Of a DNA stretch of 64,000 nucleotides, positions 9,765 through 20,174 are shown in pieces. The notes under the pieces were generated by a model. That model did not search any database and was not told the DNA's origin. It saw only the letters and a program-made list of their open reading frames with translations. Positions within the stretch are counted from its first letter, which is position 1. Each line of letters starts with the position of its first letter. The position numbers and the translations under genes were made by a program. Location: the NCBI GenBank assembly GCA_035627515.1, contig DASPLQ010000012.1, positions 1,034,331 through 1,098,330 on the forward strand, written 5' to 3'. The stretch is from Vitreimonas sp. (lineage in GTDB: Bacteria > Patescibacteriota > Microgenomatia > UBA1400 > PJMF01).

Positions 9765-10765
9765 GCTGATGAGCGTTGAAAGTAAGCAATCGTAGTTTTG
9801 AGGCCGTCAGCTAAAGAAATCACTGGTTGCCAACCCAGGACTTGTTGAGCTTTGGTAATGTCTGGTCGGCGGCGAGTAGGATCATCTTTAGGTAGTGGTC
9901 GCCAGTCAAAAGGCACTTCAGTGGCTTCAAGATGAATGAGCTGATATACGATCTCGGCTGTTTCTTTGACAGTATACTCACCGGGATTGCCAATATTAAT
10001 TGTTTCACCTGCCAAGCCCTCTTGCGAAGCCAAGCGTAAAATACCTTCTACTAAGTCATCAACAAAACAATAGGAACGAGTCTGTGAACCGTCGCCATAC
10101 ACCGTCAGTGGTTGATTAGCTAAAGCTTGCGACACAAATTGAGGAATCACTCGACCATCCACAGGATCAATACGAGGTCCAAAGGTATTAAAAATCCGGA
10201 CAATCCGCACGTCCATGCCTAAGTCGCGGTGGTGGATACCACAGATAGTTTCACCAAGACGTTTAGCTTCATCGTAACATGATCGAATTCCATTAGGATT
10301 GACGTTGCCCCAGTAACTCTCTGGCTGAGGATGAAGCTGTGGATCGCCATAAACTTCCGAAGTGCTGGCAAATATAAACCGAGCAGCTGGTGAGTGAGTG
10401 TGCAAATACTGGAGTAAATGATGGGTGCCCCAGACATTGACCTGGTAGGTTTCGATGGGATGAGCCTGATAGCGGGGAGGGCTAGCTGGGGAAGCAAAGT
10501 GAAAGACGTAATCTAAAACCTGTCCGGCAGGTAAGTAGCTGTCGGTAGGCTGAATCACATCGGCATTAATAAAGGTAAACTGGAAATTTTTCGAAGTTGA
10601 GTTGTCGTCTAATAAATGTGAGAGGTTTTCTAAACGACCGGTCAATAAGTTATCAACGCCGATCACTGACGCTCCCTCAGAGAGGAGATGATCACAGAGG
10701 TGCGAACCAATAAAGCCCGCTGCTCCCGTGACTACCACAGTTTTGCCAGAAAAGCGCATACTCAT
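9761..10765 (-). CDS. UDP-glucuronate decarboxylase (UDP-xylose synthase family)
   Basis: TGAAGFIGSH, HFASPASP, ASTSEVYGDP, YWGNVNP.G.RSCYDEAKR, DDP.RR.PDI; start at ATG 10765. Confidence 0.9.
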   Translation of the reverse strand: MSMRFSGKTVVVTGAAGFIGSHLCDHLLSEGASVIGVDNLLTGRLENLSHLLDDNSTSKNFQFTFINADVIQPTDSYLPAGQVLDYVFHFASPASPPRYQAHPIETYQVNVWGTHHLLQYLHTHSPAARFIFASTSEVYGDPQLHPQPESYWGNVNPNGIRSCYDEAKRLGETICGIHHRDLGMDVRIVRIFNTFGPRIDPVDGRVIPQFVSQALANQPLTVYGDGSQTRSYCFVDDLVEGILRLASQEGLAGETINIGNPGEYTVKETAEIVYQLIHLEATEVPFDWRPLPKDDPTRRRPDITKAQQVLGWQPVISLADGLKTTIAYFQRSSA

Positions 10766-10772
10766 GGTATGT

Positions 10773-10787
10773 AGTATATAGTAGAAT
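10773..10787. promoter_or_regulatory. back-to-back -10 elements of a divergent promoter
   Basis: TATACT on minus (10773-10778), 7 nt before ATG 10765; TAGAAT on plus (10782-10787). Confidence 0.55.
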
Positions 10788-10805
10788 GAAACTCTCGCAA
10801 ACATC

Positions 10806-12305
10806 ATGCTGAACTTTTTTAAAAATTATTCTTTATGGTTAATTTTGATCCTAGCGTTGGGTTTGCGTCTCCCACTCTTGAGCGGTTCGTTTTGGTTAGA
10901 TGAAGCCGCCCAAGTATGGGAAAGTGATCGCAGCTGGGGTGAGCAACTCCAAATTAAAGAAGATTTTCAGCCCCCGTTGATTCATCTGATCGTACATGCT
11001 GCATTGTATGTACACCGTGACGAATGGTGGCTACGGACGTTCGCAGCCTTGATTCCAGGATTAATTGCCGTGTGGGGGACATATCAGCTTGGTCGTCAGC
11101 TGACCAAGAGTGAAGTAGGCGGAGCAGTGGCAGCCAGTCTATTGGCTACCAGTTCCTTTCATATTTTTTATTCTCAAGAATTGCGGCCGTATGCCTTGCC
11201 TACCATGTGGGCAGTGCTGAGCTGGTGGGCGCTCGTCAATTTTCAACCATGGCACAAAGCTAAGTGGTGGTGGAGTTTCTACGCTTTGACCACTATTGCC
11301 GGTCTGTATTCATCGTATTTATATCCCTTTTTAATTCTCAGTCAGGTGACATATGGCTTATTTTTTCACTGGCGCTGGTGGAAAACGTTTGTCATCAGTT
11401 ATGGTGTAGCAGGGCTGGCCTTTTTGCCGTGGTTACCTAAGTTCTTGGAGCAGCTGCAGGTGGGAGGAATGGTCCGCCAACAAATGCCGGGTTGGGAAGA
11501 AGTGGTCAGCATTCCGCAGCTTAAGTCATTGCCATTAGTCGTCGCTAAATTTTTATTTGGAGTATTGAATGTAGAAGTAACTGCTTTTTTTGTAGGCGTG
11601 AGCGTGGTGATGGTGAGTGGTTTGGTCTTGAGCTTATGGATACTTTATAAACACGCTCGCACTGCCCGTCCACCACAGGCTTTGATGCTCACACTGATCT
11701 GGCTGCTGGTGCCGCTAATTACCAGCTGGATTATTTCTTTTTGGATACCGGTGTTACAACCCAAGCGCGTGTTGTATTTATTGCCTGGTTTTTATCTTTT
11801 TGTCTCCATTCTGGTCAGTGAAATAAAGCTGAATACCAAAAAAATGAGCACGGTAGTCCCGTATCTATTATTAGTTACCTTATTACTGACCAATGCTTGG
11901 TCTACTTTCAATTACTATACCCAGCCCACTTTACAACGAGAAAACTGGCGGGCATTATATGCAGATGTGGCTGCACGTTATAGTGCCAGTGATACAGTTT
12001 TAATTTTTTCTTTTCCCGGGGCTTTCCCTTCCTGGGAGTGGTACGACAGTGCTGATTATCCATTTATTGCCACGGGGGTTTTGCATGTTGATCAGGTGAA
12101 AGATTTACGCGCTACTTTACAGCCGTTACATAACTACCGCTATGTGATTATTTTTGATTACCTGAGTGATTTAAGTGACCCTCATCAAAAGATCCGAGCC
12201 GAAGTAGAGAGTTACGGCTATCAATCAATAGAGATAATAGAGTATCCTGTCATTGGCTTTGTTCGAGTGTACGCCGCTCCTAATGTAACGCTCAGTCAAA
12301 AATAA
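10806..12305 (+). CDS. GT-C fold membrane glycosyltransferase (PMT_2/ArnT-like)
   Basis: SFWLDEA, QPPL, YSQELRPY motifs, many TM helices. Confidence 0.85.
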   Translation: MLNFFKNYSLWLILILALGLRLPLLSGSFWLDEAAQVWESDRSWGEQLQIKEDFQPPLIHLIVHAALYVHRDEWWLRTFAALIPGLIAVWGTYQLGRQLTKSEVGGAVAASLLATSSFHIFYSQELRPYALPTMWAVLSWWALVNFQPWHKAKWWWSFYALTTIAGLYSSYLYPFLILSQVTYGLFFHWRWWKTFVISYGVAGLAFLPWLPKFLEQLQVGGMVRQQMPGWEEVVSIPQLKSLPLVVAKFLFGVLNVEVTAFFVGVSVVMVSGLVLSLWILYKHARTARPPQALMLTLIWLLVPLITSWIISFWIPVLQPKRVLYLLPGFYLFVSILVSEIKLNTKKMSTVVPYLLLVTLLLTNAWSTFNYYTQPTLQRENWRALYADVAARYSASDTVLIFSFPGAFPSWEWYDSADYPFIATGVLHVDQVKDLRATLQPLHNYRYVIIFDYLSDLSDPHQKIRAEVESYGYQSIEIIEYPVIGFVRVYAAPNVTLSQK

Positions 12306-12306
12306 T

Positions 12307-13455
12307 ATGCATATTGGAATCGATGTTACTTCATTAATCTACGGCCGAGGTGTATCCCGATACACGGCCAACCTCGTCCGGGCACTGGTAGCGCAGCCGG
12401 GCTTAGAACTGACGTTGTATGGCTCATTAGGCAGGCAACGACACCGGCTCGAGTTTTTGGCGGAGGAATTAGTCAAAAATAAGAATAATGCTCACGTTTT
12501 GATTCAAGCGTATCCTCCCAAATTGCAAAATATTATTTGGAACTGGTTTGGTCGTAATAGCATTCGTTCCAACATTCCTAAACTAGACGTTTTTCACTCC
12601 TGGGATTGGTTGCAGCCACCAGATAAAGATCTGCCCTTGGTCTCAACTATTCATGATTTGGCGATTTTAAAGTATCCCGATACTGCTCATCAACACATTC
12701 TCAAAATGCACCGCCAATCTTGGCAACAGCTCAAAGAACGAGGGGCACAGATCATTGCTGTCAGTCGTGCCACTAAAAAAGACATTGTGGAGTTGTTAGA
12801 AATTCCTCCGTATCAGGTGCACGTCATTTATGAGGCTTTGCCCATGGAAACTAAGTTAGTCAGCGAGCGTTTAACAGAAGAAGAATATGATGAGATTAAA
12901 CAGCGATTGAATTTATCACGGCCATTTATTTTCTTTGTTGGTACCCGTGAACCACGTAAAAACCTCCAGCGTTTAATAGAAGCTTGGGAGCCGCTTAAAA
13001 ATGAGATCGATCTCCTCATTGCCGGTGACAAAGGGTGGGATAGTACCTCCAAAGAAAGCTCACGCTTTTCACTGCCTAACCTGCGGTTTCTAGGGAAGGT
13101 GAGTGAAGAGGAGTTAGCAGTCCTTTACGGAGAAGCGAGTATGTTGGCGTACCCCTGTTTGTATGAAGGTTTTGGATTGCCCATTTTGGAAGCCTTTTAT
13201 CACGGGACACCAGTAATAACTTCAAGTGTTTCCTCGATGATTGAGGTAGCGGGGAATGCGGCAGAATTAGTGGATCCTGAATCTGTGGAAAGCATTCGCC
13301 AAGGGATCACCACTATTTTAAATGAAGATCTCACTGCTCAACAAAAACGCCTGCAACGGATGATTATTCGTTTGCAAATGTTTGATTGGCGGCAAGTAGC
13401 TATTGAGACGATGAAGGTGTACCGGCTGGCCAAAGATCAGTTTCTAGGAACTTAA
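12307..13455 (+). CDS. GT4 glycosyltransferase
   Basis: GVSRYT, TIHDL, VGTREPRKN, YEGFGLPILEA. Confidence 0.9.
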   Translation: MHIGIDVTSLIYGRGVSRYTANLVRALVAQPGLELTLYGSLGRQRHRLEFLAEELVKNKNNAHVLIQAYPPKLQNIIWNWFGRNSIRSNIPKLDVFHSWDWLQPPDKDLPLVSTIHDLAILKYPDTAHQHILKMHRQSWQQLKERGAQIIAVSRATKKDIVELLEIPPYQVHVIYEALPMETKLVSERLTEEEYDEIKQRLNLSRPFIFFVGTREPRKNLQRLIEAWEPLKNEIDLLIAGDKGWDSTSKESSRFSLPNLRFLGKVSEEELAVLYGEASMLAYPCLYEGFGLPILEAFYHGTPVITSSVSSMIEVAGNAAELVDPESVESIRQGITTILNEDLTAQQKRLQRMIIRLQMFDWRQVAIETMKVYRLAKDQFLGT

Positions 13456-14551
13456 TCTGCTCTGGCGAAAACCAGACACTGATATACCCACCTTGTTTGG
13501 ATTCATGGAAAGCCAAATAATAATGTGGCTGAGCCGGAAAGTGATACAGTTCAGCTTGAAAGCTTTCATCTTCTGAAACCCGATGCGAGCATTTTAGCTG
13601 ATCATTGAACTCTGCAACCACATTACCCCGAACTGGCTCTAACCCTTTTTGCATTAAACCCATTAAAACTTTGCTATAGGAATCACCGTTAAAGTGAGGA
13701 TGGGTATAACCTCCATAAACTAAATCTGCGAACGGTCGATACAGAGAACCTCTTTTGTGTATACCTAGTTTTTCTTCTTCCATGTATTTCTGAATTATTG
13801 GTAACAAGGATTCAGGGGCATATGCCACTACAGCACGTTCAATACTTCTTGTGTGAGTCTCATTTTGTTTCTTTTGAAACGTCTCTTGCTGATGCTTGCC
13901 CAACGAGCGAAAGTCATTATCTTGAATAATGGGCGTAATGTGAAAACCTTTGGTACTCTTACTGAGTTCTAATTTAAAATATGAACTCGGGAAAAAAGTA
14001 ATTGTAATTGGCTCTTTGCCAACCAGGGGTAATTTTTCGAGTATGAGTTCGAGAGATGGACTGATGGTTACAATTTTTTCGATTTCTGACTGTTCGGTTA
14101 AACGTCTAAGCAGTACTTCAACAACGGCTCTAAATTCAGTATATGTTCTAATAGCATTAGTTCTATAACGTCTTTCTGTTCGAGTTTCTGTGGGATTGGG
14201 ATTAAAGCTGTATGGGCCAGCCCATTCATGGCTTTTATTGTCGATTGTTGCCAGTAAAGAGGTGGGGTCAGTTAACGACTTGAAAGTTCTAATTAAATCA
14301 TCAACTCTGAGAATAGTTTCGCTACTTCGCATATGAAGCGCCAACTGGCCATCGAAGTTATACAGATCGGCAGTTGAGGGGTTATTTCGCACGCCATCAA
14401 TTTCATTTATCTCACGCTGTAACTGTCGAGTCCGTTTTTCTACCCTAAGCTCATTTTCAAACTCACCTTTATAGAGAAAACCTGGTGCGACACTGTTCCA
14501 AAGACTTTTTAAGCCTTATAAACTTCTACCTTGTTCGACACGACCAAGCAT
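13400..14551 (-). pseudogene. orphan gene with an in-frame TAA at codon 12; the 330-aa ORF from GTG 14392 is its remainder
   Basis: SD AAAGGAG + ATG 14551 reads MLGRVEQGRSL*GLKSLWN... in the same frame as ORF 13400..14392; only one stop, at 14516-14518. Confidence 0.65.
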
Positions 14552-14581
14552 ATGTCTCCTTTATGTAGGTGATTTGGGGTA

Positions 14582-14609
14582 ATTGTACGGCAGAGTTAAT
14601 GAGTGTCAA
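14582..14609 (-). promoter_or_regulatory. near-consensus sigma70 promoter TTGACA-N16-TACAAT
   Basis: plus strand ATTGTA 14582-14587 and TGTCAA 14604-14609. Confidence 0.7.
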
Positions 14610-14674
14610 GTTAAATTTCCGCCCAGTATTGATATTCAAATGAGAAAAAATCTTGTACACTGCTCATATATAGT

Positions 14675-15847
14675 ATGAAACCTCTTCGCATCGCTATTGA
14701 TGGCAATGAAGCTAATGTCTCACATCGGGTGGGTAGTAATGTTTACGCCTATGAAATTTTACGGAGTTTGGAAAAGCAAACTCGAAACGATGCCAATACA
14801 ACTTTTACTATTTTATTAACTCAATCACCGCACCAAGATTTACCATCTGCTCGTCCAGGTTGGAAGTATCAGCAGCTCAAGCCGGCTGCCCTGGCAACCC
14901 AGTTTGCTTTGCCATTACATCTTTTTTTATATAAAGATAAGTATGACGTTTTTTTTACGCCTGGCCATTATGCGCCTCGTTTGTCAGCCGTACCGTATGT
15001 GTCTTCGGTGATGGATTTGGCCTTTTTACACTTTCCGGAACAGTTTAAAAAGCGCGATCTATTGCAACTTAAATCGTGGACAAAATATAGCGTCCTGCGG
15101 GCTCGAAAAGTGATTGCGATCAGTGAGTTTACCAAAGATGATGTAGTCCGAGAGTACGGTAAAAAACCAGGAGATGTGGTAGTTGCATACCCAGCGGTCA
15201 ATACTAAACATCGCCACAGTTTGCCGGCTAAAGCTAAAGCAGCGCTGCGCAAACAAAAGATTTCACAACCATACATTTTATATGTGGGAACGTTGCAGCC
15301 GCGTAAAAATGTGGAGCGTCTTATCGAAGGCTTTGAAAAGTTGGTTTATAAATACTTAGCGTCATCTAAATCTTCACGAAATCATCTTAACTCACAACAA
15401 CTGCAGCTAGTGATCGCAGGCAAGTTGGGTTGGTTAGCCGATGGAATTTTAGAGAGAGTCAAAGCTTCGCCACTCAAAGATCAGATTATACTTACGGGTT
15501 TTGTCTCGGATGAGATGAAAGATATTCTTTATCACTACGCAGAGTGTAGTGTACTGGTAGGGTTGTATGAAGGTTTTGGTATACCACCGTTGGAGTCTCT
15601 CAATAAAAGTGTGGTTCCCGTAGTTTCAAATACCACAAGTTTGCCAGAAGTCGTAGGTAAAGCTGGCATTTTGGTGGACCCTTATCAGCCAGATGATATC
15701 GGCCGCGGTTTATATGAGGCAATCATGTTAACAGCTAAACAGCGAGGGCAACTTTTGAAACATGCTCGCCAACAACTTAAAAAATTTGATTGGGATCGCA
15801 GTGCCATGGTGATTTTGAATACCTTACATGAAGTAGCTAAAAAATAA
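14675..15847 (+). CDS. GT4 glycosyltransferase
   Basis: IAIDGNEAN..RVG, VGTLQPRKN, YEGFGIPPLE. Confidence 0.9.
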   Translation: MKPLRIAIDGNEANVSHRVGSNVYAYEILRSLEKQTRNDANTTFTILLTQSPHQDLPSARPGWKYQQLKPAALATQFALPLHLFLYKDKYDVFFTPGHYAPRLSAVPYVSSVMDLAFLHFPEQFKKRDLLQLKSWTKYSVLRARKVIAISEFTKDDVVREYGKKPGDVVVAYPAVNTKHRHSLPAKAKAALRKQKISQPYILYVGTLQPRKNVERLIEGFEKLVYKYLASSKSSRNHLNSQQLQLVIAGKLGWLADGILERVKASPLKDQIILTGFVSDEMKDILYHYAECSVLVGLYEGFGIPPLESLNKSVVPVVSNTTSLPEVVGKAGILVDPYQPDDIGRGLYEAIMLTAKQRGQLLKHARQQLKKFDWDRSAMVILNTLHEVAKK

Positions 15848-15849
15848 CT

Positions 15850-16323
15850 ATGTCAACTGTTCTAGCCATCGATCCTGGGTATGACCGCCTGGGGTGGGCA
15901 GTGGCCAAGGTAGCCACGACCAAAATTGAGCTTTTACAATATGGCCTGCTCCAAACAAAAAAAACACAGTCTCGGTGGGAACGATATCAAGAAGTAATTA
16001 CTCTGCTCAGCGAGTTAATGACTAGTTATCAGCCAACTGAGTTGGCCATTGAAACCCTTTTTTTCAGCAAAAATACCACCAGTGCTATGCAAGTGAGTGA
16101 AGTGCGTGGCCTTATTTTTGCTGAAGCATTAAAAAATCATCTCACCATATTTGAGTACAACCCTATGACGATTAAACAAGCTGTGACTGGTACCGGCAAA
16201 GCCGATAAGCGAGCAGTCGAAAAAATGGTTAGATTACAATTAAAATTAAGCGAAGTGAAGTTAGTGGATGATACACTTGATGCTTTGGCAGTGCTGATTA
16301 CTCACAGTGCGATCAATATCTGA
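15850..16323 (+). CDS. ruvC: Holliday junction resolvase
   Basis: LAIDPGY, AIE.LFF.KN, EY.P..IK.AVTG.GKADK, DD..DALA. Confidence 0.95.
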   Translation: MSTVLAIDPGYDRLGWAVAKVATTKIELLQYGLLQTKKTQSRWERYQEVITLLSELMTSYQPTELAIETLFFSKNTTSAMQVSEVRGLIFAEALKNHLTIFEYNPMTIKQAVTGTGKADKRAVEKMVRLQLKLSEVKLVDDTLDALAVLITHSAINI

Positions 16324-16358
16324 ATGCTTTGTGTGTATTTGTGATGTATAATATGCAG

Positions 16359-16886
16359 ATGCCAGAGTTCGAAAAATTCAATAAATACCCTTCTCGCATC
16401 CTCCATCAGGAAAGTCATCGTCGATATGATGAGATTGTTGGCTTGCAAGTTGCAGTCAATCATGTTCTGTCTCAAGCCTTTGAACAAGCTCTTCACGACT
16501 GTTTAACTCCAGCGCAAGGTATGAGCAAAAGTGATTTAAAACCTCGACAAGTGGCTGACGCTACCTATCAGGCTATGAAGGGTTTGGTGAGTAATAATTT
16601 TGATAAAGCTTTGGAAGCGTGGATTAAGGACTTACTCAGTCAACCTGATCTTATTTTAGACACCACCATCTCCGTTGAAGGTTTATCGGCGGCTGATATT
16701 TTTGCCACTCATTTGGAAAGAGCGATTGTCAAAACGGTTGCTTTATTGCGGGTACCATTGTCACAAGAAAAAATCACCGCAACAGATCTCCAGCAGTGGA
16801 TTGTACTCAGGTTGAGTTTATTAAAGGCGAATTATTTTTTTCGTGAAAGTGTACTGGCCAAGATTGAATTTAAGTCAGACCGCTAA
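16359..16886 (+). CDS. hypothetical protein inserted between ruvC and ruvA
   Basis: open frame filling the gap; TATAAT (16347-16352) 6 nt before ATG 16359. Confidence 0.65.
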   Translation: MPEFEKFNKYPSRILHQESHRRYDEIVGLQVAVNHVLSQAFEQALHDCLTPAQGMSKSDLKPRQVADATYQAMKGLVSNNFDKALEAWIKDLLSQPDLILDTTISVEGLSAADIFATHLERAIVKTVALLRVPLSQEKITATDLQQWIVLRLSLLKANYFFRESVLAKIEFKSDR

Positions 16887-16941
16887 GCTGATTACTCCCA
16901 AACCTTTACCAAATCTCCAAAACCCGCTACCATAGTAGGAC

Positions 16942-17517
16942 ATGATTTCATATCTGATTGGTAAACCACTGCTTCAAGTTGATAAATTAATCGTCCTGGT
17001 CAATGGCGTGGGCTATGGGGTGATTGCGCCCACGGCGGTATTGGCAAAAGCGAGCACAGTAGAAGAAGTGAGTCTGCATATTTATACTCATGTACGTGAA
17101 GATGCGATTGAGCTATATGGTTTTAATGAAATTCAGGAAAAAGAGTTGTTTTTATTATTATTAAGTGTCTCGGGGGTAGGTCCTAAAACAGCTATTAATA
17201 TTGTTGATATCGGGGCAGAAAAAATTATTCATGCTGTCCAGACAGCTGAAGTCAGTGTATTTGCGGCTGTCCCCAGAGTGGGTAAAAAATTGGCGCAAAA
17301 AATCATTATTGAGTTGAAATCTAAGTTGGGTAGTTTGCAAGAACTCAGTTTGGGACCACGCAATCCTCAAGAACAAGAAATTGTGGATGCCTTAGTAGCA
17401 CTAGGATTTGTGGAAGACCATGCTGAAAAAGCAGTACAGGGATTAGATTTCTCGGGTACATACGAAACAAGTCAATTGCTCAAGCAGGCCATTAAGTTAT
17501 TAAGTCAGAAAAAATAA
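16942..17517 (+). CDS. ruvA: Holliday junction branch migration protein
   Basis: NGVGY, VREDA..LYGF, SVSGVGPK, VGKKLAQKII.ELK. Confidence 0.95.
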   Translation: MISYLIGKPLLQVDKLIVLVNGVGYGVIAPTAVLAKASTVEEVSLHIYTHVREDAIELYGFNEIQEKELFLLLLSVSGVGPKTAINIVDIGAEKIIHAVQTAEVSVFAAVPRVGKKLAQKIIIELKSKLGSLQELSLGPRNPQEQEIVDALVALGFVEDHAEKAVQGLDFSGTYETSQLLKQAIKLLSQKK

Positions 17518-17523
17518 TCATTT

Positions 17524-18531
17524 ATGCAAGATACCGTGACAGTGATGATGACTCCTACCAGCGATGAAGAAGCATTGTTAACCTCGTTACGGGCACAAGC
17601 CTGGTCAGAGTTTATAGGCCAGCCTCAAGTAAAAGAATCACTGCAGATTGCTTTGCAGGCTGCTAAACATCGCAACGAAGCTCTTGATCACGTGTTGTTA
17701 TATGGACCGCCAGGTTTAGGCAAAACTACGCTCTCTCATTTAATCGCGAAGGAGATGGGCGTCAACTTGCGCATTACCTCAGGAACGGCTTTGGCAAAGG
17801 CTGGTGATGTGGCGGCCATTTTGACGAATTTAGAACCCGGCGATGTGTTATTTATTGATGAAATTCATCGATTGCCGAAAGCTGTTGAGGAAACATTGTA
17901 TCCAGCGATGGAAGATTTTGCCCTTGATATTGTACTTGGCAAAGGGCCCTCCGCCCGGACAGTGCGTCTGGACTTACCTAAGTTTACCTTGGTGGGAGCC
18001 ACCACTCGGTTTGGGGCTTTGTCTGGTCCTTTCCGGGATCGGTTTGGCCTGACTCATCGCATGGAGCATTATCTGCCTACCGATTTGCGGGTGATTTTAC
18101 AAAAAGCAGCTGAGAAATTAACTGTTAGTTTAGATAACGAAAGTGCTTTAAAAATTGGTAGCCGGGCCCGGGGAACACCTCGAGTGGCATTGCAGTTGCT
18201 GAAACGTGTCCGTGATGTAGCCCAGGTAAAGTATCAAGGCAAAATCGAGCCGGCCATGGTTGATGAAGCATTAACAATGTTAGCCGTTGATGGCGTGGGT
18301 TTGACCGACCATGATCGTCGCTTTTTAAGTTTGATCATTGAGAAACACAAAGGTGGGCCGGTGGGCTTATCAACTATTGCGGCTACCTTAAGTGAAGACG
18401 CTGGTACGATAGAAGAAGTTCTGGAACCATATTTGATGCAAATTGGTTTTCTCCAAAAAACTCCCAAAGGCCGGGTGATTACTAAAACCGCTTATGAGCA
18501 CTTGGGGCTGCCGTGGAGTGAGGGTATCTAG
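17524..18531 (+). CDS. ruvB: Holliday junction branch migration helicase
   Basis: [27 protein letters not shown]...TP.GR. Confidence 0.97.
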   Translation: MQDTVTVMMTPTSDEEALLTSLRAQAWSEFIGQPQVKESLQIALQAAKHRNEALDHVLLYGPPGLGKTTLSHLIAKEMGVNLRITSGTALAKAGDVAAILTNLEPGDVLFIDEIHRLPKAVEETLYPAMEDFALDIVLGKGPSARTVRLDLPKFTLVGATTRFGALSGPFRDRFGLTHRMEHYLPTDLRVILQKAAEKLTVSLDNESALKIGSRARGTPRVALQLLKRVRDVAQVKYQGKIEPAMVDEALTMLAVDGVGLTDHDRRFLSLIIEKHKGGPVGLSTIAATLSEDAGTIEEVLEPYLMQIGFLQKTPKGRVITKTAYEHLGLPWSEGI

Positions 18532-18575
18532 TATTGTTGAGTGCTCTTTATTGATCAATAGCTTACAATAAGATC

Positions 18576-19196
18576 ATGTCCAGTTCTTCCTCCTCATCCA
18601 ACACCGGTCGTCGCACGTTGTCAGAAAAAATTATTAATCGTCTTCGCAGCATTTGGCTTGAGGCTGTCACTGGTTTTTTGTGGTGGTTCGTGGGCGAGAT
18701 TCCTCTCCACCATTTCCGCCGCTTTTTTTACCGGTTGTCCGGAATGAGCATTGGTCGCGGCTCTACGATTCATATGCGAGCGAGAATTTTTGATCCTCGC
18801 TACATTACGATTGGTGAGGATACGATTGTGGGCGAAAAAGCCAGTTTAGATGGGCGCAAGCAGTTGGTTGATTCCGAAGGTGGTCTGGAGATTGGTGACC
18901 ACGTCGATATTGCCTCGGAAGTCATGATCTGGACTAGCCAACATGACTTAACTTCAGCCACCATGCAAGCGATCGAGAAAAAAGTCACCATTGAAGATTA
19001 TGCCTTTATTGGTCCGCGGGCCATTATTTTGCCCGGTGTCACAATTGGTCGTGGTGCTGTGGTTGCTGCCGGTGCAGTGGTGACCAAAAATGTCAAACCC
19101 TTGAGTATTGTAGCCGGCGTTCCGGCCAAAGAAATTGGTGAGCGTCAACTGTCGCAACTTAATTATCGCCTCGGCCGAGCCCGGTGGTTTCAATAA
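18576..19196 (+). CDS. hexapeptide-repeat sugar O-acetyltransferase
   Basis: IGPRAIILPGVTIGRGAVVAAGAVVTK, VAGVPA; TACAAT 6 nt before ATG. Confidence 0.88.
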   Translation: MSSSSSSSNTGRRTLSEKIINRLRSIWLEAVTGFLWWFVGEIPLHHFRRFFYRLSGMSIGRGSTIHMRARIFDPRYITIGEDTIVGEKASLDGRKQLVDSEGGLEIGDHVDIASEVMIWTSQHDLTSATMQAIEKKVTIEDYAFIGPRAIILPGVTIGRGAVVAAGAVVTKNVKPLSIVAGVPAKEIGERQLSQLNYRLGRARWFQ

Positions 19197-19211
19197 GAAA
19201 TACCTTTTTTT

Positions 19212-20162
19212 ATGACTTTAGCTCCTAAGTATCAAGGTGCATTGGCGTTAGTTTTATCGGCGGCGTTGGGAGGAGCTCTCACGCCAGCCTTAATCCGAGT
19301 CGGTGTCGAAGCCATCCATCCGCTGGTGTTCAACCTGGGCAGAGGGGTGTCCACGTTGCTGATTTTTATGGTCATACTTGGGCCCCAATTCAAAACCTTG
19401 TTTACTCCACAGCTCAGAGTAATCGTGCTGCTGTTTGGTGCTACGATCGGGGGAAATATTTTATTGTTTTCGTTGGGGATTCCCTACACAACACTAGTAG
19501 CCTCACAATTGTTGTATGCCTTATTACCCATCACGGTGCCCATGCTCAGCTACGTAGTGAGTGGTGAAACAGTTTCACGTCGCAAAGTTACTGGGGGCGT
19601 CATCGCTATGGCAGGGTTAGCTTTACTGATTGTGTTGTCACGCCGCGGGGGAAGTGAATTATCTCTTGGTACGCTTTATGGCAATAGTTTAATTTTCTTG
19701 GCAGTTTTTTGTTATACAGCATACTTAGTGTATTCAAAGAAAGTGGTAGCAGGTTTTTCACCTTTGATTTTAGGGGCAGCAAGCTATCTGGGAGTGACGC
19801 TTTTTTACTTGCCGTTGGCTATAGGGTACATAGCGCTTCAGCAGCCACAGATTATTATTAGCTCGGCTCTGATGTGGGCGGTGGGTGGTTTAGCGCTCGT
19901 TTCGTTCTTGCAAACGACATTGATTCAAATAGGGTTGAAGAGAGTATCCTCCATGACAGCTGCTGTCATCAGCTTGTTAGGTCCTGAGTTTGCGGCCGTG
20001 GTGGGCTGGGTTTTTTTCCGAGAGCAATTAACAGCAGCTTTGCTTATCAGTATGAGCTTAGTGATGTTGGGGGTGTTGATTAGTGTCACTAGCGAGCAAG
20101 AGAGTTGGTGGGCCCGAGCTAAAAGAAGAGTTCAATCATGGTCAATTGTGGCCAATAGATGA
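19212..20162 (+). CDS. EamA/DMT family transporter
   Basis: two 5-TM repeats, GE......G..I...G and P..A......F.E patterns. Confidence 0.85.
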   Translation: MTLAPKYQGALALVLSAALGGALTPALIRVGVEAIHPLVFNLGRGVSTLLIFMVILGPQFKTLFTPQLRVIVLLFGATIGGNILLFSLGIPYTTLVASQLLYALLPITVPMLSYVVSGETVSRRKVTGGVIAMAGLALLIVLSRRGGSELSLGTLYGNSLIFLAVFCYTAYLVYSKKVVAGFSPLILGAASYLGVTLFYLPLAIGYIALQQPQIIISSALMWAVGGLALVSFLQTTLIQIGLKRVSSMTAAVISLLGPEFAAVVGWVFFREQLTAALLISMSLVMLGVLISVTSEQESWWARAKRRVQSWSIVANR

Positions 20163-20174
20163 TAGGCTATTGTT

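Noticed and set aside
14516-14518. Stop-codon reassignment as the explanation for the in-frame TAA
   Set aside because: TAA, TAG and TGA all terminate conserved genes elsewhere in the window, so a recoded genetic code is not supported
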